The notes under the pieces were generated by a model. That model had not been told where the DNA came from. It saw only the letters and a program-made list of their open reading frames with translations, and ran no database searches. Source: Lachnospiraceae bacterium (GTDB lineage: Bacteria; Bacillota; Clostridia; Lachnospirales; Lachnospiraceae). Taken from it: DNA of 46,206 nt. The translations under genes were made by a program, and so were the position numbers. The stretch lies in assembly GCA_014804285.1 (NCBI GenBank), contig JAAVAA010000069.1, positions 47,276 to 93,481 on the forward strand, given 5' to 3'. This document shows positions 37,554 through 46,206 of the stretch, in pieces (the first letter of the stretch is position 1; every line of letters begins with the position of its first letter).

Positions 37554-38357
37554 ATGTTTAAAGAAAAATTATATTCTGGAACGTTTACAAAAGCTTCAAC
37601 AACAAAAGCGGTTACAAGAGTTCCAGAAACAACAACGGTTACAACTAATATAGAAAAAACAAATATAATATGTAATGCTCTGTTAGATTTTTTGACAGAA
37701 TGTGGGGTTGATGTAAGTTATGAGGAGGAAAGCCTAATTATTTATATATGTGGACTTCCTGTGATTTTTTATTTTCAAGGTAGTTATATGTATTACTCAA
37801 ATATCTATGTTGGAGGGTGCACGATTGTAACTGGAAGTTCTACAAATACAGTTATTTTTAACAGTAGTGGGGAATACAAATTTAAGTTAACATTGATTGG
37901 AGAGCCAACAGGATTCTTTTCAATTTTAATATCAAATATGAATTTAACATATACTGCTTCGGCGAATCAGATAAATTTTGTAAATCTTGAAAATATTTTA
38001 GAAAACCAACAATATGCTGGAATAAATTCAGGAACAAATTCCAGTGCGTTTTATGTATTTAAGAAAACCCCAATTTTATCTATGAATCCAAGTAATTCGA
38101 ATACAACTACATTATTTGGTTCAAGTTATACTATGTCAGAAAACGAAAAAAATGTTTTGGGAAATCAAGGAAAATATCCTTTAATTCAGAAATTTATAGG
38201 ACCTTATAAACTTTTGAATTGCTATGAATTTGTAAAAACGAATGAAATAAATAATTATTCGACTCCAAGTCAAAGTGGAGGAACATTTTATAAAATCGAT
38301 AATAAAATTTATATGACAAATTCAAGTTATGCATTAGTTGAATGCGTAACACCATAA
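37554..38357 (+). CDS. AT-rich tail-associated hypothetical protein
   Basis: ORF in the tail-tip module; S/T/N/Y-rich; low GC. Confidence 0.6.
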   Translation: MFKEKLYSGTFTKASTTKAVTRVPETTTVTTNIEKTNIICNALLDFLTECGVDVSYEEESLIIYICGLPVIFYFQGSYMYYSNIYVGGCTIVTGSSTNTVIFNSSGEYKFKLTLIGEPTGFFSILISNMNLTYTASANQINFVNLENILENQQYAGINSGTNSSAFYVFKKTPILSMNPSNSNTTTLFGSSYTMSENEKNVLGNQGKYPLIQKFIGPYKLLNCYEFVKTNEINNYSTPSQSGGTFYKIDNKIYMTNSSYALVECVTP

Positions 38358-38368
38358 TGGAGGGAACA

Positions 38369-39169
38369 ATGGCACAAATAAAACTTTTATTAGAGAAGCA
38401 GTTACTTACAATTCAGAATATGGAAATTATAGCTTCCGGGGATAGTAATTTTGATTCCTGCAAGTTTACATTTGATGAAACATGGGACGGATTTGTCAAA
38501 ACAGGGGTCTTCTATCAGGACAAGTCAAATGTACAGTATGCGGTTCTTGGAAATGATGATACCTGCATGATTCCGGCAGCAGCAATGGCAAGGGCAGGAC
38601 GAATGTACATAGGCGTGTTTGGAATTAAGGACACAGCGGTTGTTACTTCTACACTTGGGACAATAGATATTAAAGAGGGAGCAATATCCGGCGGTAATAT
38701 ATCTACAGAGCCGACAGATGATGTTTTCTTGGCCATCATTGCACAGTACCAGCGGATTGTGGAAATGATAAGTCAGTATGAAGCTACGACGGCACAGTTC
38801 AATATACAGATTGCAGAGCAGAATGCCATTCTTGAAACATTAAATGCTTTTGAAGTGATGGAGCTGATGCAAAAGCTGGAACTGATCGAAGACCGGATGA
38901 TAAACTACACCAATGTTGCTAAAGAAATCATGAGCAGGGAAGTAGTTATCAGAGATGTTCCAATTAAATTTGTAAATAAGGTATGCAAGGTAGAGAATGA
39001 CGCCATTACAGCTGATTCGCTATGTGACGTCTATTTTGATGAATACTCTTTTGAGATTGCATCAAAGGCACTGATCATGCCGGTATCATATGATGGGTAC
39101 ATAGAACTGACCAGTTCCATTGATATCCAGGAAGAATTGACCGCAAATATACTTGTCAGGAGGAATTAA
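38369..39169 (+). CDS. BppU-like baseplate protein
   Basis: FTFDETWDGFVKT.VF..CMIP..IGVFG N-terminal domain plus coiled coil. Confidence 0.65.
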   Translation: MAQIKLLLEKQLLTIQNMEIIASGDSNFDSCKFTFDETWDGFVKTGVFYQDKSNVQYAVLGNDDTCMIPAAAMARAGRMYIGVFGIKDTAVVTSTLGTIDIKEGAISGGNISTEPTDDVFLAIIAQYQRIVEMISQYEATTAQFNIQIAEQNAILETLNAFEVMELMQKLELIEDRMINYTNVAKEIMSREVVIRDVPIKFVNKVCKVENDAITADSLCDVYFDEYSFEIASKALIMPVSYDGYIELTSSIDIQEELTANILVRRN

Positions 39170-39171
39170 GC

Positions 39172-40662
39172 ATGTTAGGAAAAACAAATATAACCACCTT
39201 GTCAGAAGGTGCAATCGTAACTGAAGTTGAAGACTTTAAATGGATACAGATGCAGTCTGGTGTATATGGAAACTTTGTGAAAGCAATCTATAAAAATGAT
39301 TATCTGGTTGCCATCACAGCAGATGGAACTATTGCCTATACAATAGATGGGGAAGTGTGGCAGGTTTCTGTTCTGGAATATGAAGATTGCAAGCTGAATG
39401 ATATTGAGTGGGATGGGAGCAGGTTTATACTGGTTGGAAGTCATACAGATACGATAGAAACATTTACTTCGACCTATGGATTAATATTGTTTACAGATGA
39501 TTTTGTAACTTATATAAAGGCTGACATAAAAAATAATGATGATGAATACAAGGACTATGGAAAGTATAATGCTGAATATTATGCGGTTTATATACAAAAT
39601 GGAAAATATTTTATTTTAGCAAATAGACGGTCGTCTAAAATATATTACGAATTGTATTTATATAAAGGTGACTTGATAAATGCTTGGGAAAATAGTGTCA
39701 AAATGCATAATCATAATGTTAATGTTGGGGCAGTTACGATAGCAAAGAATTCGAGTGAAATGTTAGTTTGCGTTAATGCAGAAAATAATGGAACAGGTTC
39801 ATATCATGGCTATCCCAATTATGTTTATAAAGTAAACGGTGATAATATTGCTGATGTAAAAACATTAGCAATAAAATTTACAAATATTCCGATGGTTTTT
39901 GCGATAGAGTGTAAGGACATTCTTTATTATATGTCAACATTAGCTCTGGATAATTATGAATTTGCAAAGGTGTCAGAAGCTAATGAGACGTTTTTGATGA
40001 GCACAGAGAAAAACTATGCGTTTAAAAGTGGTGTATATTTTAATAGCTGTGAACTATTCATTAACAATCACGAAATACTGATTGTAAAGAAAGGAGAGAG
40101 CATAGCTGACAAAACCCTAGATGATCTGATAGAGATTGCCCCAGAACTTACAATGAATTGCATTACGAAAGCATTTGGTCAGCTCTACATATTTGGAAAT
40201 CAGGGGGCAATCCTGAAATCAAGTGTTGAAACCAATAATGAAAGTGCAATTACTGTGCAGACAATATCAGCCAAGAAGGCACTCTCAGATGCAAAGCAAT
40301 ATGCAGATAAAAAGATTGCAGAGTCAGGATGCTTTCAGCCGGGAGATATTATAAACTTAAGTCCGAATCTTCCTTTTGCCGGATATATAACAGGTGGAAA
40401 AACGCAGATTCTATGTACCATTCCGCTTCCCAAAATAGCTGAGGGAAGAACCATAAGCTTGGAAGGAACTCTCACAGTTCGTGGAATGCAGGAATATGTA
40501 TTAAATCGGGTTGATATGTCAGATTATAATATTAGCATTACACCAACTCATAGTTTTCTTCATTTGATTATAGAAAATAAAGATAAGAGTGCTTTTAGCG
40601 GAAACAATAATTGTCCTTTAGCTATATCATTCGAATATGGTCTTAAGATAACTTTTTCGTAA
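39172..40662 (+). CDS. Putative receptor-binding/tail fibre protein
   Basis: Last tail gene; DG..W and LNDI.WDG..F..VG propeller-like motifs. Confidence 0.6.
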   Translation: MLGKTNITTLSEGAIVTEVEDFKWIQMQSGVYGNFVKAIYKNDYLVAITADGTIAYTIDGEVWQVSVLEYEDCKLNDIEWDGSRFILVGSHTDTIETFTSTYGLILFTDDFVTYIKADIKNNDDEYKDYGKYNAEYYAVYIQNGKYFILANRRSSKIYYELYLYKGDLINAWENSVKMHNHNVNVGAVTIAKNSSEMLVCVNAENNGTGSYHGYPNYVYKVNGDNIADVKTLAIKFTNIPMVFAIECKDILYYMSTLALDNYEFAKVSEANETFLMSTEKNYAFKSGVYFNSCELFINNHEILIVKKGESIADKTLDDLIEIAPELTMNCITKAFGQLYIFGNQGAILKSSVETNNESAITVQTISAKKALSDAKQYADKKIAESGCFQPGDIINLSPNLPFAGYITGGKTQILCTIPLPKIAEGRTISLEGTLTVRGMQEYVLNRVDMSDYNISITPTHSFLHLIIENKDKSAFSGNNNCPLAISFEYGLKITFS

Positions 40663-40776
40663 TATATAAGGATTGCGGCGTTGGGAAGGTTAACAACAGA
40701 ATAGAAAGTATAAGTCAGATGTAGAAATGCATCTGGCTTTTATTTTACCTAAAAGCAGAAGGAAGGAGGGATAAGA

Positions 40777-41049
40777 ATGCCGGATAATAGTTTTGAAAGG
40801 GAAGTTTTAGACCGTCTGATCAAGATAGAAGCAAAGTTGGAAAGCTGGGATAACAGCAAAAAACAAATCTATGATAATCAGCAAGAAATCATCCGTTTGC
40901 AGGAGAAGACGGATCAGCAGCAAAGGGATATTGACGAACTCAGAGACCGTAATAAGTGGCTTGGACGTACAACGACAGGAGCGGCTATATCGGCAGTAGT
41001 GTCCACAATCATTGCCGCTGCTCTTGCATTTTTGCATATGGGTGGATGA
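40777..41049 (+). CDS. XhlA-like holin-associated protein
   Basis: Coiled coil, KWL.RT, C-terminal TM; lysis cassette. Confidence 0.7.
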   Translation: MPDNSFEREVLDRLIKIEAKLESWDNSKKQIYDNQQEIIRLQEKTDQQQRDIDELRDRNKWLGRTTTGAAISAVVSTIIAAALAFLHMGG

Positions 41050-41114
41050 GGTTAAGATCATCAAGTCAATAATGACTTTTTGATACATAAAAAAATTTAA
41101 GGAGGATATGTAAC

Positions 41115-41360
41115 ATGATGAAAGAAATTAACTGGAAAAGGAAACTGACAAGCAGGAAGTTATGGGCGGCGGTAGCGTCTTTTGTGTCCATGATGATTGT
41201 AGCCACTGGTGGTGCGGAGAATACAGCAACCCAGGTAACAGCCCTGATTATGGCAGGAGCCTCCGTTGTGGCGTACATCATCGGAGAGGGGTTGACTGAT
41301 TCTGCAAATGTCGAAATGGAAGCTGAACAGCTTGAGGAAATTCAGGAGGACGAACAGTAA
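41115..41360 (+). CDS. Holin
   Basis: NWKRKLTSRKLW, two TM, YIIGEGLTD. Confidence 0.8.
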   Translation: MMKEINWKRKLTSRKLWAAVASFVSMMIVATGGAENTATQVTALIMAGASVVAYIIGEGLTDSANVEMEAEQLEEIQEDEQ

Positions 41361-41435
41361 AATGTACCATATCAAGAAAGATCCAGGCATAACAGTCTGG
41401 GTCTTTTTTGATGAATGGAAAAGGAGAAAATAATT

Positions 41436-42635
41436 ATGGTAGTAGGCATTAATTGCGGACATACAGCCAGCGGTCCCGGATATGGTGCCGTTGGCATTAT
41501 TAAAGAAAGTGAACATACCCGTTTGGTGGGGCAGGCTCTTATGGGACTGCTCCGATCAGCGGGGGCAACGGTAATTGATTGTACCATAGATCAGGCGAAT
41601 ACTCAAAATGAATATCTTGCTGCAGCGGTAGCACTGGCAAACCGGCAGGACTTAGACTGGTTTATCAGCATTCACTTCAATGCATCAGCCAGTCATGAGG
41701 GGCATGGAGCGGAAGTGTTTACCTATGAGGGCAGGCAATACCAAGATGCTTTGGACGTATGCGCGAACCTTGCGGAGCTTGGATTTACAAACCGTGGAGT
41801 AAAAGCCGGATCAGGATTATATGTTATCCGGAAGACGAAAGCGAAGGCCATGTTAATAGAGTGCTGCTTCTGTGATAATCAGCAGGACATAGATATCTAC
41901 AATGCGGCAGGTGGAGCAGAGGGAATTGCAAAGGCGATCTACAAAGGTATTTATAAAGAAGCTGTTCTTCCTTCCGTGCAGACTCCTTCAGCGGAGAATC
42001 ACAACCTTACAAGGGAAGAATTCCATGGATTTGTAGGGAATATTGCCCGGAAGGATTGGGAAGACCGACACATCATGCTTCCGAGTGTAATTATAGCACA
42101 GGCAGCCATCGAAAGCGGTGTGGGAACATCAGAACTTGCGCAGAATGCGAATGCTTTATTTGGCATTAAGCTAAACGGATGGACAGGAAGAAGCTATGTA
42201 AAAGATGCTACAGAACAAAATCCGGACGGAAGCTATCGAGTGGATCAGAATGCCTTATGGCGGGCTTATGACAGTTGGGAGCAGTCTATTCTGGACCATA
42301 GCGAGTATATAGCTACCAGAAGTACAGATGGCGGTAAGACCTTAAGGTATAATCCAGTGATTGGATGTGATAGTTATATTCTCACTTGCCAGCACCTGCA
42401 GCAGTGCGGATACGCCACTTCACGGACTTATGCGGAAACGCTGATAAATTATATTGAAAAATATAATCTTAAAAGCTATGATGAATTTGAACCAGAGCAG
42501 ATCGCACCGGAAGGATTTTTATGGATTGTACAGGTGGGAGCATACAAGAGCCTGAGCGATGCCAAGAAATTGCAGAGCAGGCTTGAAAAGATGGGAGTTA
42601 TTTCCTCGATCAATAGGTACAATATTGAGGGGTAA
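41436..42635 (+). CDS. Endolysin: Amidase_3 + GH73 glucosaminidase + SPOR domain
   Basis: GH..E..SIHFNA..LIECCF; AQAAIESG..NALFGIK..GYAT; VQVGAY. Confidence 0.9.
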   Translation: MVVGINCGHTASGPGYGAVGIIKESEHTRLVGQALMGLLRSAGATVIDCTIDQANTQNEYLAAAVALANRQDLDWFISIHFNASASHEGHGAEVFTYEGRQYQDALDVCANLAELGFTNRGVKAGSGLYVIRKTKAKAMLIECCFCDNQQDIDIYNAAGGAEGIAKAIYKGIYKEAVLPSVQTPSAENHNLTREEFHGFVGNIARKDWEDRHIMLPSVIIAQAAIESGVGTSELAQNANALFGIKLNGWTGRSYVKDATEQNPDGSYRVDQNALWRAYDSWEQSILDHSEYIATRSTDGGKTLRYNPVIGCDSYILTCQHLQQCGYATSRTYAETLINYIEKYNLKSYDEFEPEQIAPEGFLWIVQVGAYKSLSDAKKLQSRLEKMGVISSINRYNIEG

Positions 42636-42794
42636 TTTCGTGTTGCATTTCGTGTTGCATAGTTTTAAATTTGTATGTAAATTTCAATTTTTAAATTAAA
42701 ATTTATTCACATACATGTAATAATAAATCCAGTAAATACAAGGAATTCGAGAAAAGTATTGTATTTACTGGATTTTATAAAATATGTTCTAATA

Positions 42795-42821
42795 GGGTTC
42801 GATTCCCGTCATCTGCTTACA
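42795..42821 (+). repeat. attR core
   Basis: Identical to 3525-3551. Confidence 0.95.
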
Positions 42822-43044
42822 TACGAAACAGCCGTAAACTTGAAGGATTTATAGTAGAATCAAGGGTTTACGGCTGTTTTTATGGTTATTTTTACAATCC
42901 CAAATATCGTCTTCTTAAAAATGGTATAAAAATGCTTAGTATCTTGATTTTGAGCCGGGTGCCAGTGCATTAATAAACTTTGATATTGGACATTGACTTA
43001 TACGCATAAAAGACGCATAATAACAATTGGAAGGAGAAAACAGG

Positions 43045-43218
43045 ATGAAGACAAAAGACCTTATCAAACTGCTAGAAAGCAATGGCTGGAAGTTTAAGCG
43101 GCACGGCGGAAACCATGATGTTTATGAAAAAGATGGAAAAAGAGAAAGCATCGTAAGGCATAGGGAAACGGATGAAGATTTGGCAAAGGCAATCATCAAG
43201 CGGAACGGGCTTAAATAA
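43045..43218 (+). CDS. hicA: HicA family mRNA interferase toxin
   Basis: LIKLLESNGW.F.RHGGNHD..RH.E; SD AAGGAG; TTGACT-17-CATAAT promoter with ACGCATAA repeats. Confidence 0.9.
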   Translation: MKTKDLIKLLESNGWKFKRHGGNHDVYEKDGKRESIVRHRETDEDLAKAIIKRNGLK

Positions 43219-43278
43219 GCCTAGTATCCGCAGGATATAATATTATAAAGTTATAAGTATAGGAGGTTAACGGAGTAA

Positions 43279-43677
43279 ATGAAAAAGACATATCCAGTTA
43301 TTTTGTCGCAGGGAGAAAAATTTGTTATAGCATATGTGCCGGATTTTGACATTAATACGCAGGGCACAGATATTACGGACGCAATTGAAATGACGAGAGA
43401 TGCAATAGGCGTTGTCGGTATTGATATGGAAGATGATGGGGAAGTTCTGCCAGAACCGACAGCTGTTTCGGAAGTGAAAGTAGATACGGCAGCAGGGATT
43501 GTGACGCTCGTGGATGTGGATTTTGGGGAGTATCGCAGGAAAAATGACATGAGGGCGGTAAAAAAGAACTGCACGATACCCTCATGGCTTAATTTTGAAG
43601 CGGAAAAGGCAGGGGTGAATTTTTCTGCAATCCTGACAGCGGCGCTTAAAAGTGAATTGAAAATTCAGAGCAGATGA
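43279..43677 (+). CDS. hicB: HicB family antitoxin
   Basis: YPVIL..VPDF..TQG..AIEM.RDA..LPEP; C-terminal KKNCTIPSWL..NFS. Confidence 0.9.
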   Translation: MKKTYPVILSQGEKFVIAYVPDFDINTQGTDITDAIEMTRDAIGVVGIDMEDDGEVLPEPTAVSEVKVDTAAGIVTLVDVDFGEYRRKNDMRAVKKNCTIPSWLNFEAEKAGVNFSAILTAALKSELKIQSR

Positions 43678-43948
43678 GTAAATAGACAGCGGTTGAGGAA
43701 GCGGACGGAATCAATATAGTATCATTGGATTTGGGTGAAAAAATTTTAAAATTTTGCAAAATGACATAGAATGATATACTCAATCTGTGATATAGTACAA
43801 GTTGAAAAAAGAAATACTTTTCCCCCAATACATTTTTAAAAATACCCGACTGGTGAACAGTTGGGTATTTTCACGTTACTTATTGGTAAATAGCAAATTG
43901 TCGAATTTTAATGTATTATGTAGAAAAATGTATTGGAGGAATTTGAAT

Positions 43949-45094
43949 ATGGATTATGCTATTATGAGTAATGCATTTAAACAGTTAGAAAATTTTTGTA
44001 TACCAGAAATTAGTGATACTGTAAATTTTTGGATGATCCGATCTAAAGGAGGGTATTTTTATCATGAATATATAAAAGAAGAATTTATTGCACTGGGATG
44101 GAATTTTATTGATAAATCAACAGCAATTAATAGTCAGATGATTGATATCTTGAAGGAGGGAATAAGGGATCGGTATGGCGATAAAAGACCTATGTATGCT
44201 ATCAACAAATGCAATAAGTTTATAGGTGGCATGAAAGAAGGGGATTATGTTATAATTCCAGATATGGGTAGTACTAAAGTTGCAATTTGTATTGTAGGGG
44301 AATATTATGAAAGGGAAATAGATTATAAGAAGGAAATTGAAATTATACATAAAATTGATAATCGGGAATTTGAGGTTAATCAAATAGAATGCCCATATAA
44401 AAAACGAAGAAAAATACAGGTGCTTTTGGAAGTATCTACAAAAAGAATAGGGCATAATATTTTAAAAGCATTGACATCGTACCATGGCTTAAGTGATATG
44501 AATGACTATGCATATGATATTTTGAATTGCGTATATGATTGTTATAGTTATAACGGAGATGTAATTTTTTCTTTAAATGTAGGGAAAGAGGAACCAATCA
44601 GACCTAGAGAAGTAGCGAAGCTTATGTATGGAATAACAAGTTTTTTTGGATCGGTGGTTGATGAGGAAACATTGGCAACTTCCTTAAATTTGAATTCGCC
44701 AGGAAAAGTTGTTGTATTTTTAAAGAAAGGATTTTCTTCACTAAAAAAGAAGGTTCTTCCACTTGTAGGTGTTTATATTGCAATTGTAGGCGGTTCAGGG
44801 TTTGGGTTCGAATTTCCAGGACTTGTTGGATTTATTAAAGAAGTACAGACGATGGAAATTGATTTGGAAAAGGAAAAGACCGAATTAGACAGTTTACGTT
44901 TGGAAAACTATCAAAAAGCTCTTGAAGTAATCAAAGATGCAAAAGATGAGGGGATAGATTTGGATGAAGTTTTACAAGGATTAGAAACTTTAGAGAGCTT
45001 GAATAAAGTATTGCATTTTGAGGGAAATCAAGAGTTTGCCTTGGAGAAAAATCGACAGGCGGAAGTTGAAGTGGTGGAAGCTGATGAGGAATGA
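43949..45094 (+). CDS. AT-rich moron protein with N-terminal EVE/PUA-like domain, hydrophobic segment and coiled coil
   Basis: FWMIRS.GG..IALGW..MKEGDYVIIP..G.Y..R.I pattern; SD GGAGG before MDYAIM. Confidence 0.6.
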   Translation: MDYAIMSNAFKQLENFCIPEISDTVNFWMIRSKGGYFYHEYIKEEFIALGWNFIDKSTAINSQMIDILKEGIRDRYGDKRPMYAINKCNKFIGGMKEGDYVIIPDMGSTKVAICIVGEYYEREIDYKKEIEIIHKIDNREFEVNQIECPYKKRRKIQVLLEVSTKRIGHNILKALTSYHGLSDMNDYAYDILNCVYDCYSYNGDVIFSLNVGKEEPIRPREVAKLMYGITSFFGSVVDEETLATSLNLNSPGKVVVFLKKGFSSLKKKVLPLVGVYIAIVGGSGFGFEFPGLVGFIKEVQTMEIDLEKEKTELDSLRLENYQKALEVIKDAKDEGIDLDEVLQGLETLESLNKVLHFEGNQEFALEKNRQAEVEVVEADEE

Positions 45095-45308
45095 TGTGGC
45101 AAATATGTTATATGCTTTATTCTTTGTAATTGTATCTCTTTTTACTTGGTGTTCTATAAGTTTTAAAATAGCAGATTATATATGGGGAGAAGAAACACTG
45201 TTTTCAAGAAAAAAAAATGCAATTTTAATATATTTAATTAGCATATTTATAGCTTTAATAATGACAGGAATAGTTTATTGCCTAATATTATTTATACAAA
45301 GTCTATAA
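45084..45308 (+). CDS. Small two-TM membrane protein
   Basis: Overlaps the upstream stop; two hydrophobic helices; start may be 45105. Confidence 0.6.
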   Translation: MRNDVANMLYALFFVIVSLFTWCSISFKIADYIWGEETLFSRKKNAILIYLISIFIALIMTGIVYCLILFIQSL

Positions 45309-45352
45309 ATAATTAAATTGACAAAACAACACAAATCAGGCGGTGATAGGGA

Positions 45353-45830
45353 GTGAATGAAGTAGATAAAGGAAAGGTTAAAGTTGATTATCTAAGCGGT
45401 ATGAAGCAGAAAGATATTATACAGAAGTACAATCTTCCATTAATTACTTTGAAATCATGGATAAAGCGCTATCACTGGTCAGAAGAGAAAAAGGGTGCAC
45501 CCTAAAATAATAGAAATGCAGTCGGAAATAATGGAAGAACACCACCTAAAAATAGTAACGCAGAGAAGCATGGTCTTATTCGGAAATACCTTCTGGAAGA
45601 GACCTTTTCTATTATTGATGAAATAAAGAGTAAATCACCCCTTGATCTGATATGGGACGCAATACAGATCCAATATGCCGCAATCATACGGTCACAGCAG
45701 ATCATGTACGTTCGTGACCAGGAAGATAAAATAATAGAGAAGGTTGAGGAAAAATCAGGTAATATTTTCGGTGAGCCGTGGGGAGTGCAGCAGACATGAG
45801 ATAATCAGGCCTGCTTTTTAAAGCCCAGGG
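45353..45830 (+). pseudogene. Terminase small subunit pseudogene (type differs from the resident prophage terS)
   Basis: DYLSGMKQKDI..TLKSWIKRYHW..KGAP*NNRNAVGN..NAEKHG..IQYAAIIRSQ; in-frame stops at 45503 and 45797. Confidence 0.8.
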
Positions 45831-45877
45831 TACAACAATCATTGAGATAGCAAAGCGGCGGATGAGTGAAAAAACAG

Positions 45878-46206
45878 ATGAAAGAACTGATTGACGCTTT
45901 GGAAGTCTATTATGATGAGCCGGTCGCCCTTCTGGAAGATATGCTTGATATGAATTGTGACGATTGGCAGAAACAGAAAAAGGCATTTGTGAATCTTTTC
46001 AGGGCATTGGATCACGATTTTGCACACCTGAAATCATTTTCTGTTTATGAACCGCATGTATTGGACGAGTTTGGCTTTTCCGAAGAGGAATATGAAAATT
46101 ATGCAGCAATGTATAAGAATGTAATGGAAGAATTGAAAAAGCCAGATGATAATTCAGGCACTGATGAAGAGCCTGTGTGGGATGATTATGATTTGGTGGC
46201 TTACAG
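45878..46206 (+). CDS. Chimeric ORF: TerL N-terminus fused to an HsdR C-terminal-like segment (3' truncated by window)
   Basis: First 31 codons match terL; continues in frame as KQKKAFVNLFRALD..LKSF..GFSEEEYENYAAMYKNV..DYDL. Confidence 0.6.
   Translation, partial: MKELIDALEVYYDEPVALLEDMLDMNCDDWQKQKKAFVNLFRALDHDFAHLKSFSVYEPHVLDEFGFSEEEYENYAAMYKNVMEELKKPDDNSGTDEEPVWDDYDLVAY

Larger units (their letters stand above)
43790..45970 (+). mobile_element. Decayed remnant of a related prophage (late leader, moron, terminase fragments)
   Basis: Homology to 20665-20815 and 22351-22480; terS pseudogene. Confidence 0.75.

Noticed and set aside
35660-40662. Diversity-generating retroelement or invertible tail-fibre shufflon
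   Set aside because: No reverse transcriptase, no invertase, and no TR/VR pair or inverted crossover repeats seen
42795-42821. Second tRNA gene
   Set aside because: Only the T-arm and 3' acceptor strand are present; this is attR
42724-42880. Long inverted repeats either side of attR as MITE or IS ends
   Set aside because: No transposase or target duplication; more simply terminators or att-associated hairpins
43802-43948. N-terminal extension of the 430-aa ORF
   Set aside because: It spans the duplicated non-coding leader; the SD supports a start at 43949

Overview
A low-GC Firmicute (Lachnospiraceae-like) chromosome segment. Host genes come first: the 3' end of argS, an ABC-ATPase-domain gene, BirA-regulated bioY, DUF1284 and tRNA-Gly(CCC). 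An apparently complete ~39.3 kb temperate siphophage is integrated in the tRNA 3' end, with a 27-bp att core at 3525-3551 and 42795-42821. It carries integrase, a type I toxin-antitoxin pair, an ImmA/CI/Cro switch, recombination and replication genes, a DNA-modification cluster, a late activator, a moron, SPP1-like head genes with a MuF-metallopeptidase fusion, tail genes and lysis genes. Right of attR lie hicAB and the decayed remains of a related prophage. There are three best candidates for undescribed biology. (1) A ~150-bp cassette leader after the late promoter occurs twice with different cargo genes, and its 5' part is complementary to the cargo ribosome-binding site. (2) A conserved ~55-nt SD-sequestering RNA element precedes both the PAPS-reductase-like gene and the helicase-methyltransferase gene. 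(3) Three consecutive proteins of that modification cluster carry beta-clamp-binding-like motifs. All calls are from manual reading; no searches were run.
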